From contig CM075995.1 in assembly GCA_038087875.1 (NCBI GenBank), positions 3,350,001 through 3,414,000 of the forward strand: DNA of 64,000 bases, given 5' to 3'. Below the pieces are notes generated by a model. The model saw nothing but the letters and a program-made list of their open reading frames with translations, had not been told where the DNA came from and did not search any database. The stretch comes from Malacoraja senta (taxonomy: Eukaryota). Both the position numbers and the translations under genes were made by a program. Every line of letters starts with the position of its first letter. The stretch's first letter is position 1. This document shows positions 1 to 11,460 of the stretch, in pieces.

Positions 1-351
1 AATTCTACTCTTATCACCTGTGAACTTAACAACTTTCCATGAGAATTACTTTGGCCCAGCGAAAATGTTTCAATATTGATGTCCCACGTTCATAATGTGG
101 GTGAATATATAATTCAATAGAACCACTTGCCAGACTCAAAATGAAGTAAATGATGTCATTGTAACTATTGACATTATGTTGAATCACCTGTTATCTTTGT
201 TCTTAAGAGTATAAAAACTTGATGTACCTTGAGTTTGGAAAATACTCTACTGTGTTTCTCCCAGGCGACAGGCTTCCCTCAGTGTCTCCATGGGAATGCC
301 AGCTTGTTGTGTTGTTTAAGTGTTCTTTTACATCTACAGCCAGCGCATGGT

Positions 352-520
352 GGCACAGAGATAGATAGATTCTTGATTACTACGGGTGTCAGGGGTTATG
401 GGGGGAAGGCAGGAGAATGGGGTTAGGAGGGAGAGATAGATCAGCCATGATTGAATGGCAGAGTAGATTGAAGGGCCAAATGCCCTAATTCTTCTCCTAT
501 CATTTATGACCTTATGACCT
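352..520 (+). mobile_element. CR1 LINE 3' end fragment
   Basis: gatagattcttgatta...ggttatgggg..aaggcaggagaatgggg...gatcagccatgattgaatggc followed by a (ttatgacc)n tail; the same 3' end recurs throughout the window. Confidence 0.85.
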
Positions 521-526
521 TAAAGG

Positions 527-614
527 GATAATGGTGGTGCAGTGGTAGTGTTGCTGCCTTACAGCGCCAGAGACCTGGGTTCAATCCTGACTATGGGTGC
601 TGGCTGTATGAAGT
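527..614 (+). mobile_element. HE1/V-SINE 5' tRNA-derived head, truncated at the MULE element
   Basis: A-box-like tggtgcagtgg and B-box-like ggttcaatcc; matches the head of the full copy at 14527. Confidence 0.8.
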
Positions 615-2940
615 GGTACCCGGACGGGACGCCAAAGGACGAGAAGCCGGACGGACACAACGCCGAAAGGACATGAAACCGAATGGAAACGACACCGAAA
701 GGACACGAAGACGAACAGACACAGCGCCGAATGGACAAGACGCAAAACGGACATGGTGTCGAAAAGCCACCGAACGGACACGACATCTCCGGGGATGGGA
801 TTGGTCCGACACCTTGTCAGTTATCGACAAAGGTCAGCGATTGGTCCAGACCCCTACATCGATCACATCACTGGCCAGGGGGAGGGTGGGGGGAGGAGCT
901 TGAGCTTACGTTTGTGAAATAATGACAGTGACTCCAAGCTGCTGCGATTGCCACAGAGGCTTTTCGACGTCACGTTCGTTCCCCGTCAGGTTTTAAGCCG
1001 AAAAATAATCTGACACCGAATGTCAAAAAGTTGAAAAAAAAATCGTACTTATCGAAAAGCAAACAATTATGAATTTCTGTGAATCCCAGACATCGAAAAG
1101 CTGAAAAACAACTTTACATATCGAAAAGGAAACAAATATAATTGTTTAATCCCTCAGGTAGGGGGTTAATAATAATCGACTTGTTTACTTTCTGAGAACC
1201 CTTTTAGTTTGACCATGGATTTCGTTAAAACAACACGTGGTGGCAGGAAGCTCCTTCTCAAATGTTACACATACGTTGTGGGCCAAAAGGATAATGAAAC
1301 CACATACTGGAGGTGTGAGGAACGTAAAGAATGTAATGGTAGAATTAGAACTATAAACGATACTGAGCAGGGTATTGCTTCAAATCATTCACACCCTCGT
1401 AATGGTGCTCGTAATTGTGATTTGAAAGTTTTGAACAGTCTGAAAACTCAAGCTGAGCATACAGGAAGAGGTCACAAGCAGTGTAGTTAATAATATCACG
1501 GAAGAACTACCACTTAGTGTTGCTGGAGCCCAGCCTAAGAGAGAAACACCAGGAAGAATGGTAAGAAGAGCAAGAAATGTAGACACGAGTGAAGATTTGA
1601 GTACAACAACACGAGGGGAAAACTTTCGAAAGTATGAAAGTACCACTGTAATTATTTTATCGACAGAGAAGAATTTTGAACTTTGATCCAAAAAGCAAAC
1701 ATGGTTTAGCGACGGCACATTTGACTCTACCCCCCTAGGAAAGCAACTCTATACTATACACGCGATTGTTTCAGAAAGGAAAACCTTGCCATTCGTGTAT
1801 TGGGTTGCAAGCAACAAGGAAGAGAAAACATACGACAACATTTTAAAGTTTTTGAAAGATAAAGGAGTTCCTGTTCCAACTTCGATAACGATTGACTTTG
1901 AAAAAGCAGCAATTAATAGTATGAAAAAGAACTTCCCAAACACGTCAATTTATGGTTGCTTCTTTCATTTTGGCCAATGTCTATGGTGAAATATTCAAGC
2001 TCGTGGATTGGAACAATGGTATGCCAAGCCTGACAACGCACTTCTCATTAAGCAATTACAAGCTCTTGCCTTTGTCCCCACTGACGACGTTCAAGAAATA
2101 TTTGATGAATTGGTGCACTCCTTAAATGCCGAAACTGAAGAAATGTTAAGGGATTTTTTTAGTTTATTTTGAAAGTACATGGTTAGGAATAGTTCAAAGA
2201 GGGAGGCGAAGGAGACCACTTTACGATTGCAAATTATGGTCAGTCTACACTCAAATTCAGGATAATTTGCCAAGAACAAACAATTCTCTAGAAGGTTAGC
2301 ATCAGGCCTTTAAAAAGAGACTTGGTGTAACTCATCCCACAGTGGCCAAATTACTTAAAACAATCGGAAGTGAACAGGCATCAAATGAAATGCTAGTTGA
2401 GCAGGCATCTACAGGGATTGACATTTCAAAGACTAACAAAAATTATGCTACCAATAACGAAAGAATAAAATCTATTTGCAATTCTTATAATAAAGAAGAA
2501 GGATTGGCTTTCCTAAGAGCCTTAGCTTACAATTTTGTAATTGATTTTTATTTCTATTCCTATAATTTTGTTGTACCTTGTTACATTTTAAAATAGTTCA
2601 AATAATAAATTTGTTCGTGTATTCTTGCAGCAAATATAGATTTTTTAAAGTGTTTCAGTGTTTCATACCTATTTATCATTCCGGCTTCATGTGTGTTGGC
2701 GTCAGATTGTTTTTCGGCTCCGGCCTCCCCCCCACCCTCCCGTCTACCCCACCCTCCCACCTCCCCCCCATCCTCCCACCTCCCTCCGGCCAGTGATGTG
2801 ATGGACGCGGGAGTCCGGGCCAATCACTGACCTTTGTCGATGACTGACGAGGTGTCGGACCAATCCCGTCCCCGGCGACATCATGTCCGTTCTGCAACTT
2901 GCCCATTCTTTGTCGTGTCCGTTCGGTTTCGTATCCTTTC
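615..2940 (+). mobile_element. Mutator/MULE DNA transposon (Phantom-like: FLYWCH + MULE), right TIR outwardly truncated
   Basis: Left TIR ~615-895 contains ~16-bp subrepeats (cgaaNggacacgacac-like); ~2775-2940 is an inverted copy of its inner part (gggattggtccgacacc..tcgacaaaggtcag..catcacatcactggcc); transposase remnants lie between them. Confidence 0.88.
1215..2540 (+). pseudogene. MULE transposase pseudogene
   Basis: FLYWCH motif (LLLKCYTY..TYWRCEERKECNGRI..HSHP), WFSDGTF (D at 1711), ITIDFEKAAINS, GCFFHFGQCLW, RTNNSLEG; in-frame stops at 1684, 1987 and 2297 plus frameshifts near 1475 and 2160. Confidence 0.9.
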
Positions 2941-2984
2941 AGGGAGCCTATAGTTAATCTCTTTGGGCCATTCGGGCCGAAACA

Positions 2985-3109
2985 GCCAACGTTTCGGCCC
3001 GAAACGTTGCCTATTTCCTTCGCTCCATAGATGCTGCTGCACCCGCTGAGTTTCTCCAGCACTTTTGTCTAACTTCGATTTTCCAGCATCTGCAGTTCCT
3101 TCTTAAACA
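2985..3109 (+). mobile_element. Penelope-like terminal repeat (pLTR) fragment
   Basis: Near-identical to the 3' end of the Penelope GIY-YIG fragment at 42800-42918 (gaaacgttgcctatttccttcgctccatagatgctgc...gttccttcttaaaca). Confidence 0.85.
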
Positions 3110-3125
3110 ATGAATGAAAGATATT

Positions 3126-3315
3126 ATTTTAGTTTAGTTTAGAAGTACATCGTGGAAACAGGCGCTTCGGCCCACCGAGTACACGCTGACTCCCCATACA
3201 TTACCACTATCCTACACACTTGGAACAATTTACAACCAAAGCCAATTAACCTAATAACCTGTACGTCTTTTAAGTGTAGGAGAAAACTGGAGCACCTGGA
3301 GAAAACCCACGCGGG
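3126..3315 (-). mobile_element. HE1/V-SINE 3' half
   Basis: (tttag)n tail complement, gtggaaacaggc..ttcggcccaccgag, V-domain ccaattaacctacaaacctgtacgtctttgg-like sequence. Confidence 0.8.
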
Positions 3316-3744
3316 TTACTCCAGCAAATTGTGTCTACCTTTCTACACAGATATAAAGAACAGTTGAACTACCTACAGAGGAGATGTGGGTGAGAAGCAT
3401 TGGAAAAATATAAGGATCAGTTCGTTGGGAACCTAGACAGTCTGAGATAAATGGCGAAAGAGTCCAACCGGTGAACACTCTGGCTTGTTCTGGTACATGG
3501 CTACTTGGACCAGGGTCTGCTGGACTGTCCTCATGAGGAGTGGGGTATATCCGGAGCCATGATATGCATTGAGATTCTGCTGAGTTCCAAAGTATCTCCA
3601 AAATAGTCAGGCATGAGCTGCTGGTTTTGTTCCACAAAGTCACAAGGGAAGGTATCATTGACATGCAAAGGAGATCTTGCCTCTCACATGCTGTACAGCA
3701 TTTTATCTCACCAATGTTGTTTGTGCCCGAGGTCAACTCCGCTT

Positions 3745-3956
3745 CCCCATGCCTCAGATGGCTGTGGAGGCCAAGTGGGCGGATATTTTTAAGGTGGAGA
3801 TTGATAGATTTTTGATTTGTACGGGTGTTAGCGGGTTTGGGGAGAAGGCAGGTGAATGGGGTTGAGAGGGAAAGATAGATCAGCCATGATTGAATGGCGG
3901 AGTAGCATTGATGGGCTGAATGGCTTGATTCTGCTCCACGAACCTATGAACTTATA
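3745..3956 (+). mobile_element. CR1 LINE 3' end fragment
   Basis: AVEAKWADIFKVEIDRFL..GEKAGEWG C-terminus plus the shared 3' UTR. Confidence 0.85.
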
Positions 3957-3974
3957 ACACCCATCCTAAATCGT

Positions 3975-4736
3975 GCGCTGCCTGTTTGTCTGTTTTTTTG
4001 TCTTTTTAAAAACTTTTAGTTTGTGTTAAAAGTATGTGTAAAAATTCTACGGATTGTTTTATGTTGGGGGAGGGGAGCGGGAAAAACTTTTTTTTCCAGT
4101 TTCTTACCTGCTGGAGAGGCCATTACTTTCCGCATCGTGTCTCCGGTCACCCTGCAGCCTACCATCGACGGAGCTGGAGGCCTCCCCGGACTGACTTTGA
4201 GCCCCACCTCGGGGCGTGGACTTAACATCGGAGTCGATCCCTTGACTGGGATCGCCACAACCGCTGCCTGCGGATTTTACCATCGCGAGCTCACAGTCTT
4301 GGGAGAGGCCGTGGATGTTGGGAGCTCCAACGAACGCAGCGGCGCGACCAGCCCCGAAGCGGGGTTCGATCGCCGGCGCGGGGGAACTGACATCTCCCTG
4401 ACGCAGGAGCTGATCACCCCAATGTGGAGGAACTGACATCCCCCCGATGGAGGAGCTGATCGCCCCGACGTGGAGGGCCAAAACGGCGCCGGCTACGGGA
4501 GTCAAGATCGTCCCGTCAACGGAGGGCTCGAGAACCCCGGCAAAGGGAAAATATTGAACTTTTATTCGCCTTCCATCACATGTGGAGGAGTCACTGTGAT
4601 GGATGTTTATGTTAAAATGTGTTTTGTGTGTTCCGTTGCTTTTTTATTTGTATGACTGACTTGGCAAATGAAATTCCTCGTATGTTGTAAAACATACTTG
4701 GCTAATAAAGTATTATTGCGATTATTGTGATTGTGA
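3975..4736 (+). mobile_element. GC-rich non-autonomous retroposon, copy 1, (ATTGTG)n tail
   Basis: Aligns along its length with the inverted copy at 20884-21635; ends aataaagtatt(attgtg)n; no recognisable protein. Confidence 0.75.
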
Positions 4737-4849
4737 AACTTAACCCTTACATTGCTAAATCATTTGGGTATCCAAAGGAAAAAATACATAAAATGGTGGG
4801 ATTTATTAGCCAGTCAGATACTGCTAATGGAAGGAGTAGGCTGCGTCTC

Positions 4850-5903
4850 CATTCCTTGGAGTGCAGGAGGATGAGGGGTGATCTTATAGAGGTGTGTAAA
4901 ATCATGAGAGGAATAGATCGGGTAGATGCACTGAGCCTCTTGACCAGAGTAGGGGAATCGAGGACCAGAAGACATAGGTTCAAGATTCATAGGTTCATAG
5001 CAAAAGGATTTGAGTATTGGAGCAGGGAGGTTCTACTGCAGTTGTACAGGGTTTTGGTGAGACCACACCTGGAGTATTGCGTACAGTTTTGGTCTCCAAA
5101 TCTGAGGAAAGACATTCTTGCCATAGAGGGAGTACAGAGAAGGTTCGCCAGACTGATTCCTGGGATGTCAGGACTTTCATATGAAGAAAGACTGGATAGA
5201 CTCGGCTTGTACTCGCTAGAATTTAGAAGATTGAGGGGGGATCTTATAGAAACTTACAAAATTCTTAAGGGTTTGGACAGGCTAGATGCAAGAAGATTGT
5301 TCCTGATGTTGGGGAAGTCCGGAACAAGGGGGTCACAGTTTAAGGATAAGGGGGAAATCTTTTAGGACCGAGATGAGAAAATCATTTTTCACACAGAGAG
5401 TGGTGAATCTCTGGAATTCTCTGCCACAGAAGGTAGTTGAGGCCAGTTCATTGGCTATATTTAAGAGGGAGTTAGATGTGGCCCCTGTGGCTAAATGGAT
5501 CAGGGGGTATGGGGAGAAAGCAGGTACAGGATACTGAGTTGGATGATCAGCCATGATCATATTGAATGGCGGTGCATGCTCGAAGGGCCAAATGGCCTAC
5601 TCCTGCACCTATTTTCTATGTTTCTATGTTTCTATGAAGGGGAAAAGATTTAATAGGAATCTGAGGGGTAACATTTTCACACAAATGGTGGTGGGTGTAT
5701 GGAATAAGCTGCCAGAGGAGGCAGTTGAGGCTGGGACTATCCCAACGTTTAAGAAACAAATTGACAGATACACGAATAGGACAGGTTTGGAGGGATATGG
5801 ACCAAGCGCTGGCACGTGGGTCTAGTGTAGCTGGGACATGTTAGCCAGTGTGGGCAAGTTGGGCTGAAGGGCCTGTTTCCGCACTCTATCACTCTATGAC
5901 TAT
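4850..5903 (+). mobile_element. Nested CR1 fragments (subfamily B ~4990-5637 inside subfamily A)
   Basis: ORF2 C-terminal motifs RPHLEYCVQFWSP, LEFRRLRGDLIETYK, FTQRVVNLWNSLP; the outer copy resumes at aaggggaaaagatttaatagg after the inner (tttctatg)n tail. Confidence 0.9.
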
Positions 5904-6715
5904 GAGAAATGGTTAATGTTTCAGCCCAATCTAACTCCTGGTGTATATGCTTTGAGTTTGTCTTTCTTTTAAAAAGAAATCTTGCTTTCAGCTGGGACTG
6001 ATGAGTTATGCATGTGGCGAGCTTAGTTTGAGAAGGTTTAATCCTAAACTTAAAAGCTAACAAGCGATCACAAGCTGGATTAAAAGCGATTGGGATCAAA
6101 TTCTGAACTGCAAATGGAAAACCGTTGCATTTTTATGTTGTTGCTATTTCAACAGCCCAAAGACGTTCCCCAAGGAAGTACCGCTGATACCAGGGCTCAG
6201 GCCTCTACAATGATTGATTCTTGTGGGGTTTGTTTAAGTAAATATCAAACTCCGAGACTCAGGTATTTTGCCCTGACTGATTTAGATAGATGATCAGAAA
6301 GCACAGCTGCAGAAGAAAAAAAAACCAATAGGGATCTTTGTTGTGAAGCTCTGCTCTGTAGCCTGACTGCCCTGTGCACTTGGTGAAAGCTTACGGAATG
6401 GAATCTAAATCGAATGGCCTGCATCAGGAGTCAAATATTCTGGCTCGTGGGATCTGAAAGAAATGGATCATAAATATCAAACCTCAGCTGTGGTCTCCTT
6501 CAGTTATGAATGATGCATTGCGATATTTGCATTGATTCCAAGACACAGAGTGGTTTAAGGGTGATTAAGGTTGAGCACTGCTATTACAATTTATAATATC
6601 CTTAAATGGACACATCCTACAATTTACAATGTAACCTCAAGCTGATTGTTATATTACCATTAGATTCCACTTAAAATTCCTGTTTTTCTGATTTTCTTCA
6701 GAAAATAGTTTTTCG

Positions 6716-7305
6716 GCTTTGTTTAGCTTTGGAGATACCGTGTGGAAACAGGCCCTTCGGCCCACCGAGTCGGCACCGACCAGCGATCCCCGCACACCAA
6801 CGCTATCCGACACACCACACCAGGGATAATTTACACCAGTGAAGCCCAGGCACAGAAGGTGCACGGCCGTGCCGGCAGCTTTGCCCAGAGTTCGGTGCTC
6901 GCTGTTGCTCGCCGCTCGCCGGCTCCGCCATTGCGTCCTTGTGTCACCGCGCCTGGGCGCCGCATCCTCGGGCCTGGGAGGTAGCAGAGATGACGGAAGT
7001 CTACAGGCCGGATAACTACGGGGAAAAAAATACGCCTGCGGGCCGGATGATTTCAGGTTGCGGGCCGCATTCGGCCCGGGGGCCGTAGGTTGTGACCCCT
7101 CATTTACACTTATATCAAGCCAATTAACCTACAAACGTCTTTGGAGTGTGCGAGGAAACCGAAGATCTCGGAGAAAACCCACGCAGGTCACGGGGAAAAC
7201 ATACAAACACCGTACATACAGAACCCGTGGTCAGGATCGAACCTGTGTCCCTGGTGCTGCAAGCGCTGTAAGGCAGCAACTCTACCACTGCGCGATCGTG
7301 CCGCC
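6716..7305 (-). mobile_element. HE1/V-SINE interrupted by a hAT MITE
   Basis: SINE tail and V-domain halves flank the insertion at 6837-7101. Confidence 0.85.
6837..7101 (+). mobile_element. hAT (Charlie-type) non-autonomous element
   Basis: 8-bp TSD ATTTACAC at 6829-6836 and 7102-7109; starts CAGTG; ends gcgggccgcattcggcccggg.gccgtaggttgtgacccct, the typical Charlie subterminal palindromic end. Confidence 0.8.
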
Positions 7306-9104
7306 CTATACAATTTTTAAATCAGTTTTCAACCACCTTACCCCTCCTTTCTCCCCCATACCTATGCCCCCTCTCTTCAGCCCCACCCATTCCCATTCTC
7401 TCCCGTGCCCCACCTGCACTCCCACCTATTTCTCCGCTCCACTCACCTCCTCTCCCCTCCCCCAAAACTCCCCAATCGCCGTCAACCTCTTTGCCCTGCC
7501 TCTCCCCTTTCCCAGCTTTCTTCTCCTCCCGCCTACAATCAGTCCATAGTAAGTTGTTGAACACTCGGTCCACCAAGGCCTAAGGAGTTTCCCAGTTGCC
7601 AACCATTTCAACTCCCCTTCCCATTCCCATATTGACCTTTCAGTGCCATCAACTGGGCTTTTGTCAGCGCTGGGCCTCTACTCGCTGGAGTTTGGAAGAA
7701 TGAGGGGGGGACCTCATTGAAACTTAGAGAATAGTGAAAGGCTTGGATAGAGTGGACATGGAGAGGATTTTTCCACTAGTGGGAGCGTCTAGAGGTAATA
7801 ACCTCAGAATTAAAGGATTTTCCTTTGGGACTGTGATGAGGAGGAATTTCTTTAGTCAGAGGGTGGTGAATGTTGAACATTACTTCGGAGTCACGTGAGT
7901 GACTACGTGAAGAAGGCCGTCCCCACGCGTGCGCGTCATTACGTCTGTCGCGTTGCGCAACGACCGACTGGTGGGCGCGTTGCTGCTTTCCAGCGGTAAG
8001 TTTAAACCTTTTCGAGTCACTGGCGGTAGAGCCAGCGGCTACAGACTTGGTGCCGGCAGTGAGCACCTTGGCTACCCCGCAGGGGAGAAAAAAGCCACTA
8101 AAAGTCTGTCAGGGCCCTGGATGAGTTGGGCCAGGAGGACTCTCCTCCTTCTATGGGCAGTGTGTTTGGAAGACTGACCCATCTGGAGCACCTATTGGAG
8201 AAGTTGCTCCAAAGAGATATGCTCCAAAAACAAAGGGAGCTATCTGAGCCCGGGTATTATGGAGAACCCGCGGCAGCGGCACCTGTGTCAGGGCTGCTTG
8301 ATGTCTCCCTCTCTGAGGAGGGGAGCGTAAGAGGCCAGTTTTATACTGAGTCAGATGCAGGTATCCTCAGAGGCCTGCAGCAGCACCTGTTCTCAGGGCT
8401 GTCTACGAATCTCCCTCTCTGTGGAGGGGAGTGCGAGTGGTCAGTACGCAACTGACTTCAAATTCAAAGTATGTCCGTGGAACATACTGGAGAACATGCA
8501 TATGGCTCTAAGGAATTACTCGCATACGAAAGGGTTACTGCTGTGGGCAGAAAACCCGGAAGGGGCCAGAGTTTCCCCTCACACTACAAGTGCCGGCAGT
8601 GAACAGCGCTATCAGGGGTGACATTGGAGGAAATGAAACCAGCCGCCGAATCTTCTCTTCAGGTAAGACTTATCCAACAGGTATACCTGGATGAGGAAGC
8701 TAAAGATGTCGGGCTGATTATGGTACCAACAACGAACAAAGCTTCATCGTATCGGCGACGACACACCCCACACCTCATGGTCAGTAAGCAGTTCACTGAA
8801 GCTGGTGGCAGCTTGAAAGCTGCGCAGAGGCCAAAGTCCAAGCCGGTCTCAGGAAATGGAATCCACGCACTACCATTCCTACTCTCCAATCAAGGATGGG
8901 AATAGAACCCACATTAGGGGCCGTTGGGCTTACCATAGACCACCGGTAACCATGGAGGTAGGTGGGTCTGGTTCTTCCAAAACATGGGGTAAGTGGACCA
9001 TTTACAAGGGTAATATTTACAATTGGTTTTTGTACAAATGATAATGATAGTATGAGATTGGGTTGTTATTGCACAGTACAAGGGTACCAAGCTTGGCTTG
9101 GATT

Positions 9105-9478
9105 TGGGGCCAGAGTTGTCTTTCGAGGCAGGCTCAGTGTTATGGCCAGGATTGCCTTACGGAGCAAGCTCGGAAATATGGCCAGAGTTATCTTTCGAGG
9201 CAGGCTCAGTGTTATGGCCAGGATTGCCTTCCGGGACAAGCTCGGAATTATGGCCAGAGTTGTCTTTCGAGGCAGGCTCAGTATTACGGCCAGGATTGCC
9301 TTCCGAGACAAGCTCAGGAATTGGCCAGAGTTGTCTTTCGACGCAGGCTCAGAATTATGGCCGGAGCAGCCTTTCAAGGCAGGCCCAGTATTATGGCCAG
9401 AGTTGTCTTTCAAGGCAGTCTCAGTATTATGGTCAGGATCACCTCTCGAGACAGGCTCGGGAATCTGGCCAGAGTTGT
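9105..9478 (+). repeat. 36-bp minisatellite with alternating 72-bp higher-order unit, inside the DIRS element
   Basis: ggccagagttgtctttcgaggcaggctcagtgttat alternating with ggccaggattgccttccgggacaagctcggaattat, about 10 subunits. Confidence 0.9.
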
Positions 9479-9479
9479 G

Positions 9480-10460
9480 ATTGAGGTAAATTTAAGTTGA
9501 TACCAACTATAGCTATTGTTTTCGGTTGTACCTTTAACTTTTATTTGTCTGTGACTCCACTCTGGGGCAAGTGATTGGAATCAATAGAAGCCTGTAACAA
9601 CCTGTTATCAAGCAGTCTTCTATTCATTAAGTGTAATTGGCATTTAACAGTTGTGTTTCAGCTGTGCAATTGGGCCTTTGCATTATCAGAACTTACAATG
9701 TACAAAGTAGTAATCTCTTAAATGCCAGTTAACTCATTGTTACAGAACTATGCTATTAACAGCTGAAGCCATCAGGGTCACTATGGTGGATTAACAATAT
9801 TCAGCATTGCTCCAGTAGTTTTGGTCAATAATCTTCAGTTGTTTTTACAGACTGATGCTAGTGCTGAAAGATGGGGAAATTACGAATGCCATCTCTAGTT
9901 ATGGAGGGATGGGATTTGCATGAATTACCAATTCTTCAGTTATTGGTATAAACTACCTATAGACACTAGGTGCATACTATGGGTTAAAAGGTTTGTTGTG
10001 TGGATATGCATGATCTGCATGCTCAATTCCAGGTTGATACACTGTGGTGGTGGCTTATGTTGGTCACATGGGTTCAATCAAGTCAAAGTATCCTGTCATA
10101 ATTTACTCATATTTGGCGCTGGTGTATCATCACGTAAAATCAATGACAACACAGAATGGATGTTGCATCACTAGTGTTTTATGACATTATGCCTCGATGG
10201 AACACCAAATATCGATATGTTTGCATCCAGGCTCATTCACCAGGTTGTAAAGACATGTGGCAAGACATACATTCTTGCTACACAATGGAGGAATGTTCTT
10301 TTGTGGCGTTGCTCCATTTTACCTCATCAGTCGGGTCATGCAATGATTCAGCAAGATCCCGCTTTAGGGTTTTTCATACTGTCTGACTGGCCTATGTATC
10401 CATGGTTTCCCGCAAATGTTGGGAATTATAGAAGAACCTTATATGGGGTTTCTAAACATA
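9480..10460 (+). pseudogene. DIRS pol remnant (RT C-terminal part, RNase H, MT-like domain)
   Basis: AVQLGPLHYQNLQ (~9660-9700), TDASAERWG (~9850), PNIDMFASRL (~10205), DWPMYPWFP; many frameshifts and stops. Confidence 0.75.
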
Positions 10461-10559
10461 AATCTTGCTGGATCAGCCTGGGACTCGGGGAACCAGCCAC
10501 TGTATGATTAATCAATTAATTGCCTTGCAGAATCTGAGAAGACAGCTCCTGCGGCTTGG

Positions 10560-11460
10560 GTTGTCAGACCAATCCATGTTTGTGCTCACTGCAGAGTGCA
10601 GGGATAGCACCAAAAATAGCAGTACATTTCCTCTTCAGGAGATGGGAAGCGTTCTGCTTAAGTGTTATGTTACATATAATATGGCATGGACACTGACGTC
10701 TTAGAGTTCATTTTCTATGGGCCCTTGACAATAAATTAAGTTATAGTCCCATTAACTGTGCTTAACGTGCTTTCTCATCATATATGCTGCAGCGAGCGGG
10801 ACCCAGCTCTGTCGGGTCTCGCCCTCTGATTCTAGTTTATTAAGGATATCTTTACACATGTTCTCCCAGACCCAAGTACACGAAGTATGGGATATTGACA
10901 TTGTGTTGACACTGCTTCGCCAGGGGGCTCAAGCTATATCCCTACCTTGGGCTCGGGGCTCATAAGGTATCCCATTGCTGCTGTTCTCAGCACAACGGGT
11001 CCAGTCATTACATAAATTGCGACTGGACAGGATGGTTATACCTACTTATATAATATTTCATGTTTACGATTTATTTAAGCAGGGTAGCCCAGGGGTGTCA
11101 GGTCTCAAACTAGTTCTCATGGCATACCCCATGCACCTTCGGTTATGTGTGGTCACACATTTACAACATTACGTCAAGGTCACCTAGAGCCTTAGAGGCT
11201 CTCATACTACCTATGTAGTTAGTTACTAATAACCTCATAAGAAGGTATCAGTTTAGACCACCTCCAGGTGGTTAAAACGGGGTTCTGGCTCATACAGGAG
11301 TAGATACTAATTTCTAATCTCACTCCACCAGGGCTGCTACTACATCAGTAGCAAGGGTTATGTACGGTCCTCTGGACCACATCCTGCCGAGGTTTCCAAA
11401 CATTTTATTTTAACCCATTGCCAGACCAGGGGTATTTGCCAACTCTATTTTAGGTTCTAT
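10560..11460 (+). pseudogene. DIRS tyrosine recombinase remnant
   Basis: LLFSAQRVQSLHKL (box I R), LCVVTHLQHY, TTSRWLKR, SHSTRAATTS (HxxR, ~11318); disrupted. Confidence 0.8.

Noticed and set aside
66..338. Possible solo LTR (TATAAAA at ~210, ends ..CTACA)
   Set aside because: No clear 5' terminus, TSD or poly(A) signal, and no second copy in the window
3335..3736. 133-aa minus-strand ORF as a host exon
   Set aside because: No recognisable domain or convincing splice sites; probably chance or an old TE remnant
4727..5365. 212-aa ORF as a functional gene
   Set aside because: Chimeric read-through of two nested CR1 ORF2 C-terminal fragments
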